A stretch of DNA of 62,690 bases, the filler included, from Stramenopiles sp. TOSAG23-6 (Eukaryota): the NCBI GenBank assembly GCA_900128565.1. It is 8 parts of 8 records of this genome, joined end to end, with 100 filler letters (N's around TTAATTAATTAA, not from the genome) between each part and the next. Parts side by side here need not be neighbours in the genome. Positions count along the whole stretch, not along the records: positions 20,035 to 29,909 come from LT636345.1; positions 30,010 to 39,883 come from LT636346.1; 6 more parts are not named here. One strand, written 5' to 3'. Shown here one piece after another: positions 22,636-34,400 of this stretch. The position numbers and the translations under genes are program-made. The number at the start of each line of letters is the position of its first letter. The stretch's first letter is position 1. Below the pieces are notes generated by a model. That model was not told where the DNA came from. It saw only the letters and a program-made list of their open reading frames with translations, and did no database searches.

Positions 22636-23502
22636 ATGAGAGAAATGACATATATTGTTGTATGGTTTGTTCTAGTCCTTTCAATGTGCAAGCTAGAAAT
22701 TTCCATCGGAGCGGATATCAAAATCTTGGCTGCTCGAGTTGAGCCTTCGGAAGGGATATTAGGTGTCAATGGAGTAGTTAATGCAGTAGTCACTGCTTCC
22801 GAAGAAGGTTTATCTGTCGAAGCAGGTGGATGTTCAATAAATGATGTGGATGTTTCTCAAACATTAGTCGATATGGGATCAGGAGAATACAAATTAACGT
22901 ACATAATTAAAGAAGGCGATCATGACCGTTCAACGGGAACTCTACCCTTCTCCTGTGAATTTGTTAAGAAAAAAAAGGGCGAAGCATCTATTATTAGAAT
23001 TTTCAAGTTTACAGAGACATTCACTCTTTCCGTAGATGCACATGCACCCGAACTAATTGGAGCTTCTGTAATTCGTGTCACTGGAGTCGATGGAAAACCA
23101 CAACCTGCACATAAACCTTTAGGTGTCGGTGGCATGTATGTTTTCTTTTTTTTTTTCGAAAATTAAATTTTTCTTTTCGTACGAAATTTTGTACCTAACA
23201 GTTTTTTTTTTTTTTTTTTGAAATATTTTTCCAAAATACATTGTTTCTATAGAAGTTGAAGCGAGTTCCCTTGATTCAAATCTAACTTTAGGTGATTGTT
23301 TCATAAATTTCCCAAAAGGTAAAGTAAAGCAAGGTAAACGAGTGTCTGATGTGCTTATCCTTGGCCGTGGATTATATGTTGTAAACTATTTAGTCGAGGA
23401 AGGAGATGTACGTTTTTTGTAGTAATGATTAGAATTTTTTTTTTTTTTTTGGTTTTTTTTTCATACGAAATTTTGTACCTAACGATATTTTTTTTTTTTT
23501 AC

Positions 23503-23534
<32 letters not shown>

Positions 23535-23567
23535 TTTAAAAAAAAAAAAATTTTTTTTTAAAAATTT

Positions 23568-23608
<41 letters not shown>

Positions 23609-26368
23609 TTTTCACAATATATGTGAATCAGCTTTCTGGACAACTTCCTTTTTTATGTTCTTTAGTGGATGAAGCAAAAAATGTATCGACTTTAGGACCT
23701 ATGAATATTTATGATCCAGAGTTAAGTATTGATGCTAACTCTCCAGAACTTAAAGCAGTCACTTTACTATCCGATCATGTATATTTTCACCATGAATTTT
23801 TTTTTTGGTAAAATTTTTTTTTTTTTGTTTTTTTTGGTTTTCGTACGAAATTATATACCTAACGAATTTCAATTTTTTTTTTTTTTTTTTTTTCACAAAA
23901 TATACACCTGCAATGATGGGGACTAATATTACTGTTGGGCTACGTACTGAGGAAGTAGGATTGCGACCAGGTTTGTGTTTACTTGATGGGTTTAATGCTA
24001 CAGATAGTTTCAACTCTGCAAGAAATGTAAAACTTGATCCTTCTGGTTTTACTTATTTTTTTAGTTTTACATTACAAGCTGGGCAAGGGGACTGGGCAGC
24101 TGGCAAAATGCCAATTGATTGCTCTGTACTTGATGCGGCGGATAACAAAAGTACTGCCTCAAAATTCACTGATAAAAATACTCTTCGTGGAAATACACAT
24201 ACGCCATCATTACGCGATTATATTCCATCACTTGCAGTTGCAGTTCGTTTTGCCATGGTCTGTGTTGCGAGCCAAAGTGTTGGGGCGGCATTTCCTAGCA
24301 TGTATATTTTATTTTTTTTTTGTTTTTTTTGTTTTTTTTGGTTTTCATACGAAATTTTCATAGAAAACAAATTTTAAACTTTTTTTTTTAAATATTTTTC
24401 CAAAATACATGGGTTTACCGAGAATAACAGGTTTTCTTCTAATGGGTATCTTGACCGGTCCACAAGCTCTACAACTAATACCAGAGGCAGACATTCGATC
24501 GCTACGTTTCATTGATGAAACTGCCCTTGCATTTATATCCTATGCATCAGGAAGTAAACTGATATTAAGCCGAATGAAAGGTCGCATGAAAGCTATTATG
24601 TATGTTACTTTAGGACTGGTACTGTTTGAATATTTAGTAGGTACATTTCTTGTCGTTTGTCTTTCAAATCAAATTGTGTTTATGAAAGGAATGAGCCAGA
24701 ACCAAGTTCTTGCAGTGGCTTTGATGGCTGGAGCTCTTATTGTAGCTAGATCTCCTGCATCTGCCATTGCAATAGTTAGAGAAACTGGCACGGAAAATTT
24801 ATCTTTTTCTAGATTGGTTCTTGGAGTCACTGTTGTCATGGATTTAGTTGTCATTGGAATTTTTGCTGCAGCTTCGTTATTTGCTAATGCATTGCTTGCT
24901 AATGAAGTTCGTTCTATTTATGTAACTGCTGTATTTTTTGCACAGTTAGGCATGTCGGCATTACTTGGAATTGTTTGGGGTTTGTTTTTTTTACCCGCGA
25001 TAGTATCATTATCACCTGAGTCACCATGTTCTTGTTGTCATAAATTATACGAATTTCTATTCAACACAAAACATTCAAAATTTCATCACCCGTTGCTCAA
25101 CCCTAAAAATTCTAAAAAATCTAAAAAATCTGAAAAAACTGAAAAATCTGAANAATCTGAAAAATCTGAAGTATATAAAATTATTGAACCTTATAGAACC
25201 AAACATGTATGTTTTATTTTTATTTTTTTTTCTTTACCAAAAAAAAAAAAAAAAAAAAAATCGAATTTATTTTTCATACGAAATTTTGTACCTAACGGAT
25301 TTAATTTTGAAATATTTTTCCAAAATACATAAAGGAAGATTGGAAACACGAGATGTTGAGAGTTCCATTAATGAATCATCTACTACAACAAGGCTTATTG
25401 ACCCTAACCCTAAACAAAATAAGTTTTCAAATGAAGACAGATTTGATAGCTCTACTCGGTCACTCAATATCCCTCAAAGTTTTCAAAAGATCATATCAAG
25501 AATTTTAGACACATGTATGTTTTATTTTTTGGTTTTTTTTCAAATTCGATTTTTTTTTTTTTTTTTGGTTTTTTATAAAAATTTTGTACCTAACAAATTG
25601 AAATTTTTTTTTTTCAAATATTTTTCCAAAATACATGTTTACTTCTTAGTGGATTTCTTGCCTTTGCTGTGGGTCATAGAGTTCAACCATACCTTCAACC
25701 ACTTATTATTTGCACTGTTGCAGGTTTTGTGTGTGTCAACTTTAGCAATGGAAACAAACACTTTCTCACCATGTAGGTTTTTTTTTTAAATTTTTTTTTT
25801 TTAATTTTCGTAGGAAATTTTGTACCTAAGAAAAAAAATAAATTCGAAATTACAAAAAAAAATATTTTTCACAATACAAGGAGGATCGGATTGCTCCATA
25901 TGTACACGTGAGTTTTTTTACATTATGCGGCGCAGCACTTAATTTAAAAGTCATGACTGAGAATTTATACATTGCATCTATGTATGTTTTAATTTTTTTT
26001 TTTTTTTTTTTTGTAAAAAAATTTTGTACCTAACAAGTTTTTTTAGATTTTTTTTTTTTTGAAATATTTTTCCAAAATATAGTATAGTTGTTGGTCGTAT
26101 ATTAGGAATTATGGTTGGAGCTTATTTGGGTGGATATGCGTCCGGAGAGCCTGATGATGAGAACAAATCATCTTGGATGGCATACATCACACAAGCTGGA
26201 GTAGCATTAGGACTTGCTAAAAAAGTACATTTAGAATACAGTGGCTGGGGAGGTGCATTTGCAACAACGATGATATCAGTCGTTGTTATAAATCAAATCA
26301 TTGGACCTCCATTTTTTCGTTATATTGTTGAAAAAGTCAAGAGAAAAGCAACAAGAGTAAAACAATAA
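22636..26368 (+). CDS. Cation/H+ antiporter (Na_H_Exchanger-like) with signal peptide and repeated extracellular beta-rich modules; 8 introns
   Basis: Spliced MGLPRITGFLLMGILTGP, ARSPASAIAIVRE, GVTVVMD, FFTLCGAALN, TQAGVALGLA, NQIIGPP. Introns 23136-23241, 23408-23622, 23779-23903, 24302-24410, 25207-25330, 25515-25636, 25773-25879, 25982-26082. Confidence 0.85.
25773..25879 (+). other. Family intron with a GT-AA boundary
   Basis: Only ...aatacaa|g gag keeps the frame (M-EDRIAPYVHVSFFTLCG). Using the AG one base downstream leads to a TGA. Confidence 0.75.
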
Positions 26369-26628
26369 CCCTAAAAGCTAAAAATGCTAAAAAAACTAAA
26401 AAGCTAAAAAAACTAAAAAAAAAAAATCTAAAAATAAACAAAAAATATATTTTTTTCATACAAAATGTTGTACGTAATGTTTACCTTTTTTAAAAATGTT
26501 TTTATTGTAATGACTTGAAAATATTCTACAGCCCTTGCGAATAATTAGTAATTAATATAGTGATACACATACAAACATGTCAGTCTTGGATTGGATATGC
26601 AATAAATATTTTTACATATTTTTTTAAA

Positions 26629-27372
26629 CTAATCGTAAAATCGTAAAACTAACCCCAATACTAATCCGCTCAATGCTAAAATTGCCATTGAGTATAAGAA
26701 AGAACTATATCTGCCAATTTCTGTATCAACTTCTTCCGTATTAGTTTCTTCTACAGTAGCAACAGCACGAAATTTACCGGGTTTGGATTTTTCAACTAAC
26801 TGCTGTCCATCAACATCCACATGAAAAGCACCGGATTGACCAAGAAAACGGAGTTTTGTTAGTTGATAAATTTGCGTTGGAATCGAACCAGATAGTTGGT
26901 TGTTATCCAAGTTCAAATATTCAAGATTTGTTAGCTGCCCAATTTCTTTTGGTACTAAACCAGTTAGTTTGTTGTTGTTCAACCACAAAAATTCGAGGTT
27001 TCTTAGTCGACCAAATTGTTTTAGTATTGGACCAGATAGCTTGTTATAACTGAAGTTCAAATATTCAAGATTTGTTAGATGACCAATTTCCGTTGGTATT
27101 GAACCAGATAGGTTTTGGTTACGCAGGTCTAACGCAATTACAGTGGTTTGATCACGATTGCACTCTACGCCTAACCAACCGCAAACAGACCCACTAAACC
27201 TCCAAGGTCCATTTGGCCAAGGGGTGGTACTTTGCCTTGGCCTCCACTTCCAAATATCTCCATTAGTTGCGAAATACAAACTGTTTAAAGCATCCCTTTC
27301 GTGTTTAGCTACTACACCCTCAGTGCAATAAATGTTAGATACCATCAATAGTACAAGTAATTTCATCATCAT
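26629..27372 (-). CDS. Leucine-rich-repeat membrane protein (signal peptide, plant-type LRRs, C-terminal TM)
   Basis: ALNSLYFATNG..W, CGWLGVEC cap, repeated LxxNxLSGxIPxEIGxLTNL. Confidence 0.9.
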   Translation of the reverse strand: MMMKLLVLLMVSNIYCTEGVVAKHERDALNSLYFATNGDIWKWRPRQSTTPWPNGPWRFSGSVCGWLGVECNRDQTTVIALDLRNQNLSGSIPTEIGHLTNLEYLNFSYNKLSGPILKQFGRLRNLEFLWLNNNKLTGLVPKEIGQLTNLEYLNLDNNQLSGSIPTQIYQLTKLRFLGQSGAFHVDVDGQQLVEKSKPGKFRAVATVEETNTEEVDTEIGRYSSFLYSMAILALSGLVLGLVLRFYD

Positions 27373-27599
27373 CTTTTATGTATACCATGTAAAAATTGTT
27401 GCGCTCTCTTCAATGACGATTAAAAAAACAATTAAAAAAAAAATAGCAAATCGAAAAAAGGCGACAATTATAAAATATAATTTTTCATTTGAATTTTATT
27501 ATGTTACCCGGTACAGTGTTATACGTCTCTACGTTGAACTAATTACATCTACATTAATGTTTATACTATTGAGTAAAAAAGTAAATCTGTACTGTCCGA

Positions 27600-28136
27600 C
27601 TATACATGAAGGAGAAATAAAAAGTAATACACCATAAATATCGATCCAACAGTCGTTATTGTCGCAGGAATTTTCCGATATGGTATAGGAAGTATCAACC
27701 AGATTGTTAAAATCATTGGCGTCAAAATTAAAGTGAGCCAAATTAGGAACAAACAAGACCTTTTTATAACCATTCCAATTTGTGTAGGGAATGCTTCACC
27801 ATCGTAATCTTGCCAGGAATACCCATGAAACGCTGGTATAGTTTTATAATTACCCACTGAATCAGGATTTGTTACAGTGTGTGAACTTTCTAATGTGGCT
27901 ATTTCTCTTTGTTGGTCAGCAACAGTCTTTTGAAGATCTTTAACCTGCCTCTTCAAAAGTTCTATACCTTGTGAATGAAGGTTTTCTTCATAAATTTGCC
28001 TTGATGAGCCCACAGCTGAGGATACCATGAAGAATACGCATAATAAAAACAATATACCTAGTACTAGGATACCAAGTTTCCACTTTGTTGTTAGAAGGTT
28101 GTGTTTCCGTGCAAGAGAATTTGCGTTGAAAAGCAT
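27600..28136 (-). CDS. Hypothetical membrane protein (TM, coiled coil, two C-terminal hydrophobic helices)
   Basis: 178-aa ORF with hydrophobic segments; no family recognised. Confidence 0.5.
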   Translation of the reverse strand: MLFNANSLARKHNLLTTKWKLGILVLGILFLLCVFFMVSSAVGSSRQIYEENLHSQGIELLKRQVKDLQKTVADQQREIATLESSHTVTNPDSVGNYKTIPAFHGYSWQDYDGEAFPTQIGMVIKRSCLFLIWLTLILTPMILTIWLILPIPYRKIPATITTVGSIFMVYYFLFLLHV

Positions 28137-28592
28137 ACTCGCTGTCCACTAGTAAAATAATTTAATACTATATAATGAAAATGTGCTACACAATACACTG
28201 AACCAGATATTGTACGACACGTTGTATGTAACCTGTCCAGATAATCACAAGGGTAGCTTATTGAATAAAATAAATAATATAGTATGATGGTAAGTAAATA
28301 TAGGGGCTGAGCCTGAGAGAGCAGCAGCAGCAGACTTTTTCAGATTGGACCTTTTTGCTGACTGGTTTCACAAAAAAATTAATTCATTTTTAAGGATACC
28401 CGGTTCCCCGACAAATCTCATGTTATGACAGAAAAAAGAGTCTCTCTCTCTCTGTGACATTATTTACTATTAAATGATTATCCTACTAGTCCTACAACTA
28501 ACTGTAGGTAATATTAGTAGTAGTGTGACACATATAATACTTTGAAATACACCAAAAAAACAGTACAACTTTATTACGAGTAATATAGTACC

Positions 28593-29758
28593 ATGTTATC
28601 CCCAAGTAAATGTAGATCAATATTTATGAAGCTTCACTCAAATGCTTTTATTACAACTCGAGCACATCAAACTGCTGCTGCGTTTACTCCAATGCGGGAA
28701 ATACTGCAAGCAGAACTCGAAGAAATAAAAGAGGCTGGAACGTTCAAAAATGAACGTGTGATCACCTCGTCCCAAAATTCTGAAATTTCCGTACAAGGTT
28801 CGAAGCAGCCAGTATTAAATTTCTGTGCAAACAATTACTTAGGGTTGGCGGATCACCCTGAACTTGTACAAGCAGCTAAAAATACTTTAGAGACACATGG
28901 ACTCGGTTGTGCATCGGTGCGATTTATTTGTGGTACTCAGGATATCCATAAAGATTTAGAGACTGCCATTTCTAAGTTTCACGGAACCGAAGATACAATT
29001 CTTTTCCCGAGTTGTTTTGATGCTAATGCTGGTCTTTTTGAAACCATTCTAACGGCAGATGATGCAGTGATTAGTGACTCTTTAAATCACGCCTCCATGT
29101 ATGTTTTATTTTTTTTTTTTAACAAAAAATTGATTTTTTTTTTCGTACGAAATTTTGTACCTAACGATTTTTTTTACGGAATTTTTTTTTTTTGAAATAT
29201 TTTTCCAAAATGTAGTATTGATGGAATTCGTCTTTGTAAAGCGAAACGATATCGTTTTGAACATATGTGTATGGATGACTTGGAACACAAATTAAAAGAA
29301 GCTGATGCAGCTGGAGCTCGATTAAAATTAATAGCTACTGATGGCGTTTTTTCAATGGATGGGGATGTAGCGCCACTAAGTGACATTTGTGATTTAGCAG
29401 ATAAATGTACCATTTCACAATTTCACAATTTCACAATTTAATTTTTTTTTTGAAAATTTTGTACCCAACTATTTTTTACAACACAATATATTTCACAATA
29501 CATATCAAGCACAAGTTATGATTGATGAGTGTCACGCTTCAGGCTTCTTTGGTAAAACAGGCCGTGGAACAGATGTATGTTGTATTTTTTTTTTTTTTTG
29601 TTTTTGTACGAAATTTTGTACCTAACAATTTTTTTTTTACGGAAATTTTTTTTTTGAAATAATTTTCCAAAATACATGAACATTGTGGTGTTCAGGGAAG
29701 AATTGATGTGATTACATCTACTCTAGGTAAGGCATTAGGCGGTGCCACCGGAGGATAC
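28593..29758 (+). CDS. GCAT: 2-amino-3-ketobutyrate CoA ligase (glycine C-acetyltransferase), 3' truncated; introns 29099-29215, 29407-29503, 29575-29677, and one starting at 29759
   Basis: [76 protein letters not shown]. Confidence 0.95.
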
Positions 29759-29809
29759 GTATGTTTTGTTTTGTACAATTTTTTTTTTTTTTTCAACAAC
29801 TTTTTAGAA

Positions 29810-29843
<34 letters not shown>

Positions 29844-29852
29844 AATTTTTTC

Positions 29853-29896
<44 letters not shown>

Positions 29897-30088
29897 TTTT
29901 TTTTTTTTTNNNNNNNNNNNNNNNNNNNNNNNNNNNNNNNNNNNNNNNNNNNNTTAATTAATTAANNNNNNNNNNNNNNNNNNNNNNNNNNNNNNNNNNN
30001 NNNNNNNNNTCAAATTCGATTTTTTTTTCGTACGAAATTTTGTACCTAACAAAAAAAAACAATTTTGAAATATTTTTCCAAAATACAT

Positions 30089-31143
30089 GGTTTAAATATG
30101 AATTCGACGCAGCAATTGCATTTGATGCTGCTTCCAGGGAAAGACACGGAATCAATGCAAATGTAAATTTTGCTTATAATGGAACAATTTTAAAGCCTCG
30201 ATGTAATGCAAAGAAAGAAGAGAATATACTAAAAGAATCTTTGACTGTCCCCGCCAATGGTAATAAAGATTCACAAAGTAATGCGATTGTCGCCAAGAGT
30301 AACAAAGATTTACAAAGTGATACAAACGTAAATTCTACGATAGACACAAATGAAACAAAGACTGATACAAACGTAAATTCTACGATAGAAACAAATGAAA
30401 CAAAGACTGATACAAACGTAAATTCTACGATAGAAACAAATGTAGTTGATTCTATCATGACAGATGTAAAAATAGAAGATACAATACAAAATGAAGCAAC
30501 TAATAATGCGAAGGTAGATGTTGTCATGACGGATGCAAATAGTAGTGCAAAGATGGATACTATAATAGAGAATACAGAAAAAACAGAAAATGATGTTGTC
30601 ATGACGGATGCAAATAGTAGTGCAAAGATGGATACTATAATAAAGAATACAGAAAAAACAGAAAATGAAGACACGGCATCAAGTCTTGTCAATAATGAAA
30701 TCTCAGATACGTCAAAGATAAAAGAATATTCTTCGTCAACTTCAAATGATGAATTAGTTAAATCAATTGGGGATTTCGTGTCATTTCCCGAACATATTTT
30801 CACAGTGAGTAACTCACTCGCATTGCTTTGTGCTCGGTACAAAAGTAGACAACGAAAAATACGCGATCTACATGACGAGGGTGAAGCTTTTCGAGAAGAT
30901 TGGGAAGGGGAAGAACAACAATTGGAACGTGAACGGGTAAGGAAACAAGAAAAAAAACAAAAAATAGTTAATCCACCAGAAATTAGGGTTAACCCTAGTA
31001 AGTCTATTCCGGAAAGAAAACCTGTCGTTTGTGTAAATACTCCAACGTTTGGTCTTAGTAGTGCCAATACAACTACAGATTCTGGTGATGATATTACTAC
31101 TAGTGGACAAGATAGAAGAAGATCTAGACGAGCCAAGAATTAA
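30089..31143 (+). CDS. AP2/ERF-domain protein, last exon (5' truncated)
   Basis: FKYEFDAAIAFDAASRERHGINANVNF matches the AP2 C-terminal helix and LNF motif; followed by repeat-rich low-complexity sequence. Confidence 0.7.
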
Positions 31144-31238
31144 TTTTTATAATATAATATAATAAGTAATTATTTACCGTGAGGAGTTTTTTTCAATTCA
31201 TCGGTTCTTACACCGTGTCTTTGAGGGATTGAAGTTTT

Positions 31239-31757
31239 CTATTCTTTTGAAGTTTTTCGAAGTACTTTCGCTTTGACTGATAGGGTTTTGACAAATTCTA
31301 TCATATCATCTGCAGATTGGAATTCAGGCTTTTCTTTTTTTTGTAAAAGTTCGAATTTCCTTTGAGTGTTCCACTGATCAATAGAAAGTGGCTGAATAGT
31401 TTTATGCACTAAAAACCTAGAATTTATGTCAAGAGAACCATCAATAGCTTCCATTTTCAGCAGTTGTTCTGGAGTTTGTTCTTTCATTCTTTCAGAACGA
31501 ACGATAGGATCAAACATAGACTCTACATCGGTAACAGCGCGAGAACGCGGATCCAATACTTTGTGAACAAGTGCTTTTAGAATATTCATACTTCTCGGCT
31601 GCTTCTTTTTAAGAGAGTCTAGGAGCTCAAAAGTTTGATCTTTTGGACGATCTTTTGAATCTACAAACTCAAAACGTTGATCAGCTGCGTGGACTCCAAT
31701 ATTTGTCGTAAGAAATAAAGCCAAGTATATTATTAAAAAACTCATTTTAAGTTTCAT
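31239..31757 (-). CDS. Hypothetical secreted protein
   Basis: ORF with a signal-peptide-like start (MKLKMSFLIIYLALFLTTNIGVHA); no family recognised. Confidence 0.55.
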   Translation of the reverse strand: MKLKMSFLIIYLALFLTTNIGVHAADQRFEFVDSKDRPKDQTFELLDSLKKKQPRSMNILKALVHKVLDPRSRAVTDVESMFDPIVRSERMKEQTPEQLLKMEAIDGSLDINSRFLVHKTIQPLSIDQWNTQRKFELLQKKEKPEFQSADDMIEFVKTLSVKAKVLRKTSKE

Positions 31758-32066
31758 GCTTACAATGGGAAAATGGGGGTGGAGGTGGAGTAATACGTAA
31801 GAGATTCGCACTGAACTTTTAGAATATTTATTATTTGCTGCTGACTATGATTGACTATTATGATTCGTTGACACGACACACGTCAGCTGCAAATCAAAAT
31901 GACAAACGGTACCGGGTTACGTATATGATCATAAAATAATATCGGATTGAAGTCGGTCAAAATCAAATTTGTGTTTTATCATATAGGACTATATGGCCAT
32001 TCATTTGAACACTACTCCAGGTCACAAAGTTTGAGTCAACGAAATCACATTCGCCCAGATATTGGG

Positions 32067-34214
32067 ATGGCATCTACAAGTTTCCCGACATTGGCAGGAG
32101 CCCCCATTAATCTATCACTATTGCGTGAGACTGGGAAAAAGGAGCTTAATTTATTGTTATCGTCTCATACTGGTGCAAAATGTTGTGTGTTGGATCCTCA
32201 GTTGACACGTCCTTTAAATTTGATCACTGAAGGAGTGAGCGTATTTAAAGAGAATGATGTTAAAGAGTTTAAAGAATTAAGTTGGGAAAAATTGACAACA
32301 GAGCATCCGACAGTCATATATATTGTGAGGCCAGACTTGTTGATGATGAAACAAATTGCGAAACAGATTCAGGACGATATGGAAAATGATAACAACCGCC
32401 GCTATGCTTTGTATTTTGTCCCACGCCGGACATTTATTTGCATTCAGATCCTAAAAGAAGAGGGTGTCTTTCATGATATTCAACTAGGTGATTTCCCCAT
32501 TGATTTGATTCCATTTGAAAGTGATATATTATCCATGGAGTTGCACTCAAGTTACAAAGATTGTTTCCTATTAAACGATACTACGTCGTTATTTTATATT
32601 GCTCGGTCTTTGATGAAACTTCAAGCCTTATACGGTGTTATTCCTTCACTAAAGGCGAAGGGAGTATACTCTACTCGTATAGTCGATATGATATTGCGTA
32701 TGCGAAAAGAGCAGAATGCAAAAGGAGGATCTAGCAGAGTTCGCCGATCTGAAATTGACGTTTGTATTGTTCTCGATAGACAGGTTGATGTGTTAACTCC
32801 AATGGTAATGCCTTTGACATATGAAGGACTGATTGACGAGATTGTTGGTATTGAGAATGGTTTAGTATATGTAGATCAGGTACGTTTTTATCATGAATTT
32901 CAAATTTATTTTTTTATTTTCATACGAAATTTTGTACCTAACAAAAAAAAACAAAATTGTTTTTTGTTTTTATCATGAATTTAAATTTTTATTTTTTTAT
33001 AGAAAAAATTTTGTCCCAACGATTTTTTTTACTAAAAACAAATATTGTTTCACAATACACGGAGTCTTAGACGATGATTCGAGATCTAATAACGCCAATG
33101 CTGGAGGAAAGACAGCACAGAATTATCTTAGACTTAATAATAATTCTACTTTATATGCGGAAGCTCGTGATGCTAATATTTCAGCAATTGGTCCTCTCTT
33201 ACAAGAAAAATCTCGTGAAATACGTACGTTTTCATTATGAATTTCAATTTTTTTTTTTTTTTTTGAAAATTTTTTACCTAACAAATTTTAACAAATTTCG
33301 AATTTAATTTTTTTTACAATACATGTGCGCTATATAATGCTCGTCCAGATGCTGGCAACTCTGTACAAGATCTGAAGGCTTTTGTCAAACAAATTCCAGC
33401 ATTGAAAGAAAGTTTTGCTGCTCTCACGGCTCATACACATCTCGCTGAGAGTATTTTCAAGGTGACAAATAGTCGAGAATTTCGGCAACAGTGGCAAGTT
33501 GAACGTGTCATGATGGAAGGTGGCAGTGGTCTAGAATTTATTGAGGAGTCAATATCTGATCAGAGACCTCTAGCTGCAGTACTTAGATTACTTTGTTTAC
33601 ATTCACTAACTCAAGGAGGTGTAAAATTAAAAGAATATCATTATTTGCGTACTGAAGTGCTACAAACTTATGGATACGAAGTCATTTTAACGTTAAATAA
33701 TTTAGATAAACTTGGTCTGTTTTGTAAACGCGGTAGTTCTTCTCTTGGGATTGGTACAAATTGGGCCACTTTACGGAATAAATTGAAACTTATTTTTAAT
33801 GACGTTAAATGTGATAATGAACCAGATGATATTGCTTACGTTACTTCGGGATATGCGCCTCTTTCCGTTCGTTTGACACAATTAGCTATAGCAGGACAAT
33901 GGCAAAAAAAACATAGTACTCTAAAATTACTTCCAGGTCCTCAAATTGAAGTTCAGCAAGAAACTTCAGAAAATAATAATGGTAATGCCGGAGATTCTGC
34001 CGAGAGAAAAAACCGTAGAAAAGTAGTGCTCGTATTTGTTGTAGGAGGGATTACATTTTTGGAAATAGCTGCGCTCCGGCATATTGCGAGACCTCAAGGC
34101 CAGAAAGAAAGTCAATTTGATATAATTGTTGCAAGCACAAAATTAATCAGTGGTAAATCATTCATGAACTCAATTGTAGAAGACATGCAAAGTCGCTTAA
34201 ATACTGAAATGTGA
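32067..34214 (+). CDS. VPS33: Sec1/Munc18-family protein VPS33; introns 32880-33060 (GT-AC) and 33224-33324 (GT-AT)
   Basis: YFVPRRTFIC, IPFESDILSMEL, LDRQVDVLTPMVMPLTYEGLIDE, DDIAYVTSGYAPLSVRL, VFVVGGITFLEIAALR. Confidence 0.93.
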
Positions 34215-34400
34215 GACATTTTTGAAATAGTTTCTACTTTTTTGAATTATAGAATAAATAGAATATCCAAATATTATTTTTTGTTATTTCAGTTATCTCT
34301 TACATCATTCCATCAACAGGTTTGATAGGTTTTATGATATTATTTTACACATTTTCTTTTTTTAATTTTAAAATTTGAATTTCAACATATCTTAAAAGTA

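Noticed and set aside
23425-23811. ORF-track peptides with poly-F/poly-K and recurring SYEILYLT or VRYKIS motifs
   Set aside because: These are translations of the intron element, not a protein family.
29575-29677. Reading the introns as U12-type AT-AC
   Set aside because: The AT-AC reading arises only by sliding when the exon ends in AT. The U12 donor (RTATCCTT) and branch (TCCTTAAC) are absent, and non-slidable cases are GT-AT.
30174-31136. Long antisense ORF of 320 aa and similar shadow ORFs
   Set aside because: Antisense mirrors of low-complexity coding sequence with no independent domain signal.
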